A DNA stretch of 54,936 nucleotides. Source: Schmidtea nova (lineage: Eukaryota). Positions 32,901-39,834 of this stretch are shown one piece after another. The translations under genes were made by a program, and so were the position numbers. The stretch spans positions 34,472,001 to 34,526,936 of the forward strand of contig CM097883.1 of the NCBI GenBank assembly GCA_044892505.1. Reading direction: 5' to 3'. Position 1 is the first letter of the stretch; each line of letters starts with the position of its first letter. The notes beneath the pieces are model-generated. The model was given only the letters and a program-made list of their open reading frames with translations, made no database searches and was not told where the DNA came from.

Positions 32901-34504
32901 ATGTCGTAGGAAAGTGTGGAAGAACAGAGACACAAGGAACAAAAAACAAGAAACCTCAGACAATAGACAGACGAACAACGCCAACTATACAAATTACCAT
33001 AGACAGGCCCGAAGTAAGAGTAACCACAAATGAAACTGAAAGAGTGACCTACCAAGCAGAATTACTATGTTTAGCACTCATATTAACAATGTTAAAACGG
33101 TTAGAAGAAGGGATAGACATTGACACAATGGCAGTAACAGAGATGAACGACACCCAAAACACCAACCCAAAGTGTTGGGCCAGAAGCAACGAAGAAATTG
33201 GCGTAAGCGAAATAAAGACGAGTCGGAAAAGGAAAACAAATAAAGTAACCAAGATATCAGAAGTAAAAGCAGACAGGACGTATGAACTATGTTTACTAGA
33301 AAAAGAAAGACACAAGAAAGGAACGACAATTTGTAAAACATTTCAACCTGGGGAAACAATAAAGTTCATACGACGAGGAAGAAGAAATAAACGCACCAAA
33401 CGGAGAACAACTATAATGTTAGAGTTAACCGGAATAGAACCGGACGTCAAAGGCGTATGCTGGAAGAAGCAGGAAAAGAAAACAAACCAGAATACACCGC
33501 CGCAATGTCGAACAAACAGAGGAACAACCACAATACAGATAGAAGGGTTAGAAAGTAATCAAACGTACGAAATATGCCTGATCAGGAAGAGCGACAAAAT
33601 AACAGTAAATGAACTGGAATGCAAAATATATAAAACACCCACCAGAACAAGAATTGGAAAGACAACGCGAAAAAGCAGAAGACAACGGAACAAAGGAAAA
33701 ACGAGGTATACCACTACTTTTAAACCTAATGGACAACAGAAAAACCAAGAAATACAAATAAAAACCGAAAAGAATACTACAGCAACTCTTATACTATGGA
33801 GAATAGACAATAAAACGTTAGAAATATGTTGGGCAGTAGTCCAGGAACAAAAAGAAAGACAGCCACGATACTGCGAAAACGTAAAAGGAAAAGAAGAAAT
33901 GAGTATCAAAAATCTGAAATTTAATAGAGAATACGAGATATGTGCGGTAGAAAAGACGGACATATTAGGAAATCAGCAGGAAAAATGCGAAACGTACTAC
34001 ACACCGGTAAACTCAACGTCCAAAGGGAAAGTGAGAAAACTCGAATTTAAAGAATTAAGTCAGACAACGAAACAAATGGACGCGGAACAAGTAGTAATAG
34101 ACCCTTACGCAAGATGGACGCCGGAAGAAGTAATTAAAGAAGTTAAAAGAAAACAACAAGAACGAGAACAACTACTAAATAAACTAAAGGGACAATACGG
34201 ACCAATGATTAACCAGAGTGAAATTACGAAGATGGACGTAAACAAACAAGTTAGAGAACTAATTGGTCTGGGAATACTAGCAGCAACTATTCCAGTAATA
34301 ACAGTATTATTAATAATATGGATATATGATGTATTCAACAAGAAACCAATAACACATTGGCCAGATATAAAGATTATGAACTACAGTATAGAATTACCGG
34401 AAGAAGTACAGAAAGAATTTCAAAGGAGGACGAAAGGCAAAGAATTTTGGAGACAAATAGAAGATGAAGAGCGATACGAAGGAAAGACAGTGATGGTGAT
34501 ATAG
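23891..34504 (+). CDS. pol: 3,537-aa polyprotein: Bcl-2-like, envelope glycoprotein, PR, RT, RNase H, IN, ankyrin repeats, FN3-like membrane protein
   Basis: DTGA protease (D at 26963), YIDD RT (28178), ATDAS RNase H (D at 28625), HHCC plus D,D(35)E integrase (D 29480, D 29660, E 29768), GPY motif (30194); the extra domains are listed separately. Confidence 0.96.
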   Translation: MDPANVVIKSREEKRRDQWDLCLKKLNKIAVTKEKETTQTYQGEEWISKMLMEILAIIDPELKKWWRINEISERAKSLHSAIAPILPELIKEKTRSNHLDWQGTTMLIKKLTEGAETDNKYLIAMAYTIYNLLTLSRGRLKPTALERHIKNTAKIIEKEIEPYIISKGGWETFTKTNQKKNQAKNMKKKFEEILGELEKEKSGTGNGKSSLNLSSIIMMMLIWMISTDGATAFEVFDCDQMALGEKYSLRGTEQCKDATPTELKTLKKRQLYHVYQEAELIRTMVRECKVYKTRFAFYCGHRHYSAIVMPGTERESVMLQGEDCEKLFKHGEVETRDRVKIRGKTGVILQQTYYVAGAITGGEGYCQGATYPIFGVAATNLVVIDTYTVELKTYEAFFDPTTGEMKTLPMCKIESNTCQTGMSTLTYQIRGKECQLQLLKEAEFDEIQGKTFQEEEEDEAARGKILQDTVRGEKKIETRTQEKQIKMRNTPTVLITSDADIGMRFVKGKTALKCGVAMLETNYPGIFVSKQEVPSAKRKVHTNDVKLHLYMNNKMDFLFHRGQASLQKVYYDLINNDCILNREILKTKLAVAITNPDSAMPLLPLREGHFGRVVGEVMYVYICKKTNAKVATMTKLQPGQCTNELEIEYKGKVRYVQPVTRIINPVSFEPNPFNCSNAYGPLYQKPDGNWVMFPSRTEVPAPREFELMQLSKGRKFKDVDVSNMGFYSAKDLEAARQNILFPARREAVLSSIVTITGGTNYQGGPNYELLLSPAHFKKATENMMKAMWGRFLIFGQMMAGILGVILIIQIIRVIITQMLACFDIYKREKKVNWKLVVGFLPFLAKTMVLHGHSKDIHRIKRLLKILAKMKGTDEEVGRKFKKIMNNEQARQQLKKERKGLWERMKGYRTQDDSSDDDDDDNEGGQVFKNQVPQYVEKNPAEMWKCYAPPPTMYQEPTPGMRQNTMQMMPMTNIYPMIPEDYRTRRCRSVDPQGDSHTIAVMSSNTGPVLTTTIEINGREIEAMIDTGANISAIDIKWIPQEQRRDIERTNVHVIACSKEVVEVSGRWRVKIKHQSTEIETYVAVIPALSVPCIIGTDLMPALFKEIVIDLGTMRLKDRTGQICAIEAKVTSSKQIIVPARREKICFVKIDPTIEGDMIFEPSKRFEKRKSLPMARGLVSANDNGEIPINVVNFDEEDKIIYENERLGKLTPMIDIEIPIKEGVKEEEPTWNIDSQLLNEDQKKQLERLLMEYKDIFATSDLDLGTCDVTLHTIPLTDETPIALRPYKLAEAQKSVAEAEVQKMLDAEVIEPSCSPWQFPVVMVKKKDGTQRFCIDYRRLNAVTKRDTYPLPDINEMLLTLQGAAYFTSLDLKSGYWQIKMKEEDKEKTAFTIGRDLYQFRKMPFGLTNAPASFQRCMNFVTHGIKQCMVYIDDLLIYSSTFEQHIQDIRDVFVRLRQWKLKLKPSKCDWAKEKVTFLGHIVSAKGKEPDPRNIDKVKECPVPKTITQIQEFLGLCGYYRKFIKDYAGIAKPIQELVKKDVSFIWGSEQQTAFETLRDKLITAPILVHPDFKKPFLLATDASGYAAGAVLGQYDDEGKERVIGYYSRTFKKHEKNYSVTEREALAIILAIKHFKYLLWGHIICITTDHQPLVWLGQHKETSSRLMRWAMQLQEYSPDIKFKSGKANANADCMSRLTFPELTDPEVQRICIVIAEDLDFSELKKDQQEDKELRPIIEFLSSRNMDVFKDNAELKEHMRKYQHRYTIEKGWLLIRDGEKRLMCLPGNRRKEIITQYHDGKLGGHMSDKKTLNRMRQKYYWPTMDEDVKEWIKNCLTCATRKDSGKKWKNPLKPMPIPAEPMTTIAMDVIGPLPESLNGNQYILVITDYLTKFPEAFAMPDQKAKTVARILVEEICCRYGTPKQILTDQGTNFMSEILDEVTNYFRIAKLRTSPYHPQTNGQTERFNGTLIRMLSNYVSKHQTDWDEYVKLCLMAYRMSIHAATKLSPFQLMYGRECNMPIDLEYQPPLSQYMEEDDYVTKFKERMQEIWKTAELNIKFYQESYKDLHDQKKNVKTNDLKPGDWVMIETPEIIPGTVKKLQRPGKGPYEVIYKKENNVKVKLVNRPLIRPIYVNTCRCKKVPKTITTAPEERIITRSQTARMNMLRATNESTEAENNQREKRNKEIVLKAREIMGKWHVRDDILRDIQSIISDYARGLPTKPVISELLEKIPEILSLEDIGGQPALHNAIKWGEVERVKEFLKIAKETNQHLGFGNSEQETPLMVATIYKSDKAIIDLLINADFNWTERDRENKTVLNHAIWSSNQIMLKQIIEKATWEIDELIKGDIIKEAIKIGNCKTIRKLIKWKRSENDTWVLNINEVYSKGQNALLQILLKFVCDQKTLLTLLDRGNIIMSKNKEECKFESEKEALFRNIREWCTKSLTKTITYKDISNFQDKYKTVEEEYDKLIDILNHPEKCKQFLCRKERESKRKFTPLFSAEVPYQERLDAIQDKAKELLPEFENSKHTLEILGAIVEKVHAYAEGTYNENDMMIIKREMPVTFLLTKNGVLPIHRALRARKERRVVEIARLMQDCGSDMNMKDKKGDTLMIFAARANTKTRVLQELYEAGAGLMGRTNKDSSILDVALLTHNWEVINFIKTITNQEEIEYLTRTVKKASVHSMMHNAELTEVILNWMNPNTNEPAFRINECMEQGQNLYIKCALIINKWPKIIDIFMRRKDLRFTNNPKETERTDKWKELMKTYLNNWIKAKKEILDCKLTDKEIPKQAETQEYEASILTTITYEKMIEAINVEDDIFNDQRGGDNTGNDDDSTRENPEDHELSDKEDSEEKGRDTEKNDKNNEFGKQRNNNYKNKNEVKRTGYKQTINPFFKPELLLLTVIMTLISPTQGMICEEKATIQIGNAKGIERVCWSKKDKISGQNSPMDCRISEYEQEIIEIDDLELDTWYRMCTVRKPKDPRSHKTIACANYLTPKVTITVQQSSKGDYVVGKCGRTETQGTKNKKPQTIDRRTTPTIQITIDRPEVRVTTNETERVTYQAELLCLALILTMLKRLEEGIDIDTMAVTEMNDTQNTNPKCWARSNEEIGVSEIKTSRKRKTNKVTKISEVKADRTYELCLLEKERHKKGTTICKTFQPGETIKFIRRGRRNKRTKRRTTIMLELTGIEPDVKGVCWKKQEKKTNQNTPPQCRTNRGTTTIQIEGLESNQTYEICLIRKSDKITVNELECKIYKTPTRTRIGKTTRKSRRQRNKGKTRYTTTFKPNGQQKNQEIQIKTEKNTTATLILWRIDNKTLEICWAVVQEQKERQPRYCENVKGKEEMSIKNLKFNREYEICAVEKTDILGNQQEKCETYYTPVNSTSKGKVRKLEFKELSQTTKQMDAEQVVIDPYARWTPEEVIKEVKRKQQEREQLLNKLKGQYGPMINQSEITKMDVNKQVRELIGLGILAATIPVITVLLIIWIYDVFNKKPITHWPDIKIMNYSIELPEEVQKEFQRRTKGKEFWRQIEDEERYEGKTVMVI
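23903..24415 (+). other. Bcl-2-like domain at the N-terminus of the polyprotein
   Basis: EIEPYIISKGGWETF aligns with Bcl-xL BH2 HLEPWIQENGGWDTF and is preceded by a hydrophobic alpha5-like helix. The BH1 NWGR motif is degenerate. Confidence 0.7.
24521..26356 (+). other. Envelope glycoprotein: internal signal peptide, Cys-rich ectodomain and TM anchor; chuvirus-glycoprotein-like
   Basis: Signal LSSIIMMMLIWMISTDGATA|FEVFDC; motifs CKVYKTRFAFYCG, GYCQG, ETNYPGIF, LYMNNKMDFL, GEVMYVYIC, CTNELEIEYKG...PVTRII recall chuvirus-type G proteins; TM at 26261-26356. Family call is from memory. Confidence 0.75.
30590..32100 (+). other. Ankyrin-repeat region (two clusters) after the integrase
   Basis: GQPALHNAIKWG, ETPLMVA, KTVLNHA, GVLPIHRA, GDTLMIFAA and SSILDVA are TPLHxA-type repeats with D/N-x-x-G hairpins. 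Confidence 0.8.
32558..34504 (+). other. Second secretory module: signal-like segment, four Cys-containing FN3-like repeats, TM helix, short tail
   Basis: ELLLLTVIMTLISPTQG|MICEE; a repeated CW..C..I..L....Y.+C....C..Y.TP pattern; TM LIGLGILAATIPVITVLLIIWIY at about 34259-34327. Confidence 0.65.
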
Positions 34505-34629
34505 GAGGCGGGATATGACTGTAAATAATAGTGTAAATAACAATGCATTACCGTAATAGTATGGGTATCGATATTATAAAAATATAAAAAGAGAAATCGA
34601 GAAAACGATTAATGTATATAATTTAGAAA

Positions 34630-34986
34630 ATGAACGAACAGGAAGAAATAGCAGAAACTACTATGGCTATGCGATGGAAAGCCCAGTGTGACATGTTAAT
34701 ACGAACAATCAACTCACTACAAAATCAGTTAATTGAGAAACAGAATTTGTTATCCGAAAGTTATAATAATAGTTTTGAACAACTCCACAGAATCGAGGAG
34801 CAACAGAGATTGATAACGCAACTTACCAGAGAGAATCAAGTGATGAGCGACATAAATCAGAGACAAGCAATAGAGATAGACCGTTTAACAATGGGAGAGA
34901 CAGAAGAAGCAGAGGATGGATGGACAAATTGGGCAATAAACAGATCAGAAAACGACCCAGAACCAGATTCAACAAACGAGCCGTAG
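34630..34986 (+). CDS. Accessory coiled-coil protein with acidic tail, 118 aa
   Basis: ATG ORF with the element's A-rich codon style, heptad pattern, and AATAAA at 34990. Confidence 0.7.
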   Translation: MNEQEEIAETTMAMRWKAQCDMLIRTINSLQNQLIEKQNLLSESYNNSFEQLHRIEEQQRLITQLTRENQVMSDINQRQAIEIDRLTMGETEEAEDGWTNWAINRSENDPEPDSTNEP

Positions 34987-35076
34987 ATAAATAAAGCGAA
35001 AAATTGTAAATATGTAAAACAAAAACAAGAAAAATCAAAAAATAGATAACAAATCAAGTGTATATATCATTGTAGA

Positions 35077-36459
35077 ATGAATACAGAAGGAAAAGCCGAA
35101 GAGCGGATAATCGAAATTTTGAGAGCCGAGAACAGGAAATGGAGTCTGAGACTCACTTGTGTAAATTGTAAAAACATAATATTGAAACCAAGACAAACCC
35201 TATGCGGATGCAGAGTATGTACCAAATGCATACACGAGTTAAGTATGAAAAGACCACCAGAATGTCCAGAATGCAAAGAAGGTCAAATAAAATTCGAAGA
35301 AACCGGACCAGATAGAGCAACTCAGAGAGAAATCATGAACACGAAAACCGAATGTATAAATCAACCATGTATATGGCAAGGACAAATACGCGATCTCGAG
35401 AACCATCTGGAGAACTGCGAAGAGAAGAGAACTGAATGTAACAAATGCCAACAAAAAATAACTATAAAGAATAAAGAGCAGCACAAAGATGAATGTAAAG
35501 AAGAGGAAAGTCTATGCGAATATTGTGGAACTCGAGAAACGAGGAGAAAGATCGAAGAAGAACACCTGAATATAAAAGAGGAGAAAGTATGTAGACAATA
35601 TGTAGGAATATGTTCAAACGAATGCGAGATAACGGTAGAAGTAAAATTACAAGAACATTGGAAAGTGTGCACGGAGAAACCAAGGGAATGTCCTTATAAC
35701 AAACAGGGATGTATGGAGAAAAGAACGCAAAAAACCATGAAACAACATCTGGAGGAAGCATTACTAAAGCATGCGGAAATGACAAACGAAGCAACAAAAG
35801 AAACCGAACAAACAATCAAAAAATTAGAAAGAGAAATAGAGTCACACAAGATAATGGTAAACCTACTGTTGGAAACCAGAGAGCAATTCGAACTAACACG
35901 AGAAAAGATGGAGGAAAAGATAAAAGCTATCGAAGAACTGGCTAAAGGAATGAAAATCCAGTACAACAAACTCACCCAGGATACCGAGGAAAAGTTACCA
36001 ATCGCACCATATGTGTGGAAAGTGACAGATTTTAGAAACAAATTAACAGAGGCCAGAAATATGACGAAAACAGCAGTAATAAGCCCACCATTTTATTTAT
36101 GGAGAAACGGAGCTAAAGTGAGATTGAAGCTATACCCAAATGGAGACGGAAGAGGACGAGGAACACATGTGTCAATATTTTTCTCGCTATGTAAAGGAGA
36201 ATACGACGACCTAGTAGAATGGCCCTTGAAAGTAGGAGTCATCATTAGAATCAGAAGTGTAACAAAACCAGTAGAAAAATTCTTTGAGACAGAGAAACAT
36301 GCGAGTACGAGCGAGAAACCAACCACAGAATGTGGATTAGCAGCGGGAGAACCAATGTTTATAACGAAAGAAAGCCTATGGGAACGATTATATGCAGACA
36401 CCCTATACATAGAAATGGAAAGGAATGAGAAAGCGGATAGAAAAGAATGGTTGACGTAA
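35077..36459 (+). CDS. TRAF: Full-length intronless TRAF homolog (RING, TRAF zinc fingers, coiled coil, MATH), 460 aa
   Basis: CVNC..PRQTLCGCRVCTKC..CPEC; zinc fingers (CINQPCIWQGQIRDLENHLENC, HWKVC..CPYNKQGC); MATH YVWKV..SPPFY..LYPNGDGRGRGTHVSIFF..GEYDDLVEWPL resembles TRAF2/3/5. Confidence 0.93.
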   Translation: MNTEGKAEERIIEILRAENRKWSLRLTCVNCKNIILKPRQTLCGCRVCTKCIHELSMKRPPECPECKEGQIKFEETGPDRATQREIMNTKTECINQPCIWQGQIRDLENHLENCEEKRTECNKCQQKITIKNKEQHKDECKEEESLCEYCGTRETRRKIEEEHLNIKEEKVCRQYVGICSNECEITVEVKLQEHWKVCTEKPRECPYNKQGCMEKRTQKTMKQHLEEALLKHAEMTNEATKETEQTIKKLEREIESHKIMVNLLLETREQFELTREKMEEKIKAIEELAKGMKIQYNKLTQDTEEKLPIAPYVWKVTDFRNKLTEARNMTKTAVISPPFYLWRNGAKVRLKLYPNGDGRGRGTHVSIFFSLCKGEYDDLVEWPLKVGVIIRIRSVTKPVEKFFETEKHASTSEKPTTECGLAAGEPMFITKESLWERLYADTLYIEMERNEKADRKEWLT

Positions 36460-36574
36460 CAAGAGAAGTGATCGTGTAAATAATATGTACAGTTAAATAC
36501 CCAAAAATTATTATATAAACAAAAAATAACTGATATATAAACCGATTAAAAAATTTTTTTTTGAAATTATAGCA

Positions 36575-37636
36575 ATGGGAAATATCGAAGTATGCTTACA
36601 GGAAATTACGATGCATCAAGCAGAAGCGATTAGCGATCATCTAGAACAGATTGAAATATGGGTCAATGCATATTATGGAAAGCAAGAGGAGATAGAGAGA
36701 CAAGCCGAATTATTAAAAGAAGCGGAAAGATCAAGTCAAAGAAGTCGAGAAAAAATAGAAGAAGTATACAAAATGCTACAACAACAAAAGGAATATTACC
36801 AGAGAATGATGAAAGAGCGACGAGAGGAAAGAGACAGACAGCAGATGGAAGCTGAACACAAGATGTATTCGATTACAGAACAAGCAAGATACTGGAAGAA
36901 AGAAGCGAAAGAATCTTACGAAAAAGCTAGAGAAATAATAGAAAGGACAGCTTATAGTGATGATTGGAAGTTATATAAAGAGATCGATGAACTAAAAGAC
37001 GAGTTAGAGCAAAAAATCAACCAGGAAGTGTTAAATAAAAGATGGAATACAAAAAGACAGCAATTTATCCGCGAACAAGCAAAGAAAATTAAAGGACTAA
37101 CCTATCAAGTTCAAAGAATGGGAGAAGAACTAGCTAATCAAGAACAACTGAAAACTATGCTCACCGGAATATGGAATCAGAAAGAAGAAGAGATGAAGAG
37201 AGATATAAATGGTTATCAAGGGGTGATTACTCAAAAGAAAATAGAGCTAAAAAGAACCAGAGAAAGGTTAAAGGAAGCGAAACAAAGTTATGAGGAAAAT
37301 TTAACGAATTTGATGAAAGAAAACGAAGAATTGAAACAGAAACGAGTAACAGTATCAGTAATACCCAAAGAACCAAGTATAACGGCAGCCGTAACAAAAA
37401 TGATAAAAGAAGACGAACAAAAGACAAAAGTAATCGAATTAGAGAAACAAATAGAAACATTAACAGAACAAGCAAATTACCTAGAATATTTGCTAGACGA
37501 GGAGATCCAGATATCTCACATGTATCGAGATGAAGTCGAAATGTGGAGGAGCAGGGTTGTTTGGATACCACTCCCCACGAACCAAGTAGAGCCTCAGGAC
37601 GAAGGTTTCTATGAACCAAATGAGACGATTGTGTAA
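36575..37636 (+). CDS. Accessory long coiled-coil protein, 353 aa
   Basis: ATG ORF rich in E/K/Q heptads; AATAAA overlaps the stop. No family recognised. Confidence 0.75.
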   Translation: MGNIEVCLQEITMHQAEAISDHLEQIEIWVNAYYGKQEEIERQAELLKEAERSSQRSREKIEEVYKMLQQQKEYYQRMMKERREERDRQQMEAEHKMYSITEQARYWKKEAKESYEKAREIIERTAYSDDWKLYKEIDELKDELEQKINQEVLNKRWNTKRQQFIREQAKKIKGLTYQVQRMGEELANQEQLKTMLTGIWNQKEEEMKRDINGYQGVITQKKIELKRTRERLKEAKQSYEENLTNLMKENEELKQKRVTVSVIPKEPSITAAVTKMIKEDEQKTKVIELEKQIETLTEQANYLEYLLDEEIQISHMYRDEVEMWRSRVVWIPLPTNQVEPQDEGFYEPNETIV

Positions 37637-37717
37637 ATAAAGCGGAAAATATATTTTTGTAAATAATTGTATGAAATGTAGTGTCAAATTGTATTGACCT
37701 ATCTGTAAAGAAACAGT

Positions 37718-38290
37718 ATGAAAAAGCTCAGAATACCGATATTCCTATACCTAATAACAATCACCCTACAAAGAGAAGATCTTCAACTCACAGAGAAGGA
37801 GCTACGAGCCCTACCCGAGAAAACCTATCAAGAACTAGATAAACTAATCAGCGAAGCAACACAAGAAATCACCCAACTTCAACAGATAACATCAGACAAC
37901 CCAAACGATGAAAAATTTCAACAGGTCCTATATGAACATCGAATCAAATTGAAAACAATCAGAAAAACCCTAAAGGAAGGTCGAGAACCCATAAAAAGCT
38001 TAGCCCAAGCAGAGATAGAATATCAAGAAAAATGGATCATCGCAATTATAATAATCCTTGCACTCAGCGTGACCATTATCGCGATCACAATCCTCATAAC
38101 ATCATACCGAGTGAAGATCTTAAAACAAAAACATGCCATCCTGAACCGAACAACAATACAAGACATCAGAACCCAAAAGCGAATGAGAAAACACCTAAAC
38201 CGAATCCAAAGCCACTACGAACTACGAACAATCAGCGAAAGAACCCCAATCCAATCCAATACCAATCATGAAATCAAAGAGCTTGTGTAA
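37718..38290 (+). CDS. Accessory type I membrane protein, 190 aa
   Basis: N-terminal signal-like MKKLRIPIFLYLITITLQ, helical ectodomain, TM WIIAIIIILALSVTIIAITILITSY, basic tail. Confidence 0.75.
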   Translation: MKKLRIPIFLYLITITLQREDLQLTEKELRALPEKTYQELDKLISEATQEITQLQQITSDNPNDEKFQQVLYEHRIKLKTIRKTLKEGREPIKSLAQAEIEYQEKWIIAIIIILALSVTIIAITILITSYRVKILKQKHAILNRTTIQDIRTQKRMRKHLNRIQSHYELRTISERTPIQSNTNHEIKELV

Positions 38291-39834
38291 AACTGATATA
38301 TTACATTCACTTTATGTATGATCCACTTACATTTAACAATAATATGACTTTGTGCTTACGTATAAAATCTATCACCTTACGTGATTCTTTGTGTATATGT
38401 AAATTGACATTTATCTGCTTAATTTTTATGTATGATGATATAGGTGTAAATGTATAATTAATTGCGGGACGCAATTTTAGGGGTCCCCGAGTGATGTTGG
38501 GCCAGCCAAATAGAGAAAAAAATGAAATAAAAGTAGATTAATTAAAACAAAAAAGAGAAAAATAAGGTAAAAAGGGGAATATTTATTTATTAAAAGAAAG
38601 GAATAATATAGTAAAAATATAGAATAACTAAGTACAAGCTATAAATAAAAATAAATGAATTTATAGATATTAACGGGCCCAGGAGACATCTAAAAACAAA
38701 TAAAATACAAATAATAATAATTAAAACCAAATAAAAGTACTTGTTATTGAATAATTGTTTTTGAAACCCGGACCTCCAAGGAAGAATACAATCTAAAAAA
38801 TAAAAATTAATTAGAATCAAAAACAATAATTAAAACCCACCATGAAATCGGCCAAATCCGATTGGTCAGTCTAGATCAGACTGATCAGTATAAATACTGA
38901 TCAGACTTTGGATAAAACAGACTTAATACCTAATCTTACAACGTCAGTTGAGAGTGTAAAATTTAGCTCACTAATCAAATAGACTTTGAATTCTAGACGA
39001 ACCGATCGAAGCAAACCCAGACGAATTAGGTATTTTGGTTTCTGTATTATTTTATTCATGATTGTGTCATTTGCTTTGTCATTTATCTATTGATCTAATT
39101 ATTTATGTATTTATGCATTCATGTGTTGAAATTTGTTATATGAATTAAACGTTATTGTGATTAGACTCAACATTAAAATATATAATGATCATATTAATTT
39201 TGCGCCGTTGGGAGCTTTAGGTTCCCAAGGTGTCCGTCCGTGGCGTGGTGCTCGAGGGCTCCACACACGGTAAAGTAATAAATAGTAAAGCACAATTTTA
39301 TTAGTAGTGGTTGAGACTTGCACATGGGACACCCAACAAATCCGGGAAATTATTTTCTGATCATTTTAGCTACAGAGGGGACGAGAAATTTTTGATAAAG
39401 CTTAAAGATATGAAAGAAGTTGTTAACCGGGAGGAGGCACAATTTTTCACCCTCACCATAGCGCCGCTGTTTAATAAACGTCTAATAAACCTTAGGAAAA
39501 TTATGTCGACCGCGTTTGGTACAAAAGAGCGTTTTTTTCGAATAAACTAGGGATACATGACGGGAGAGAGCTTCCGTTTTGAGTTACCAATATTTTGAAA
39601 CTCCAAGCAGACGAATCACCATTTTTTTCGTCTATCAAATTGATCATAAACAGATAAAGCTAAGTAGATACGAGAGTAATGCATACTGTAACAAACAACA
39701 GTTTTTTCTTGATTTCAGCTAAGGTCTAAGGGGAAGGCAAATAATAAAGGAATCACGATGAGAGATAACATTTACTATGATTAATTATTGATGTAAATTG
39801 TAACTATTATAAAATTCAGCATCGTTTTAGAATC

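Noticed and set aside
19237-37687. Dozens of minus-strand and alternate-frame ORFs over the element
   Set aside because: Low-complexity F/L/S/V-rich shadows of the A-rich sense strand, with no recognisable motifs.
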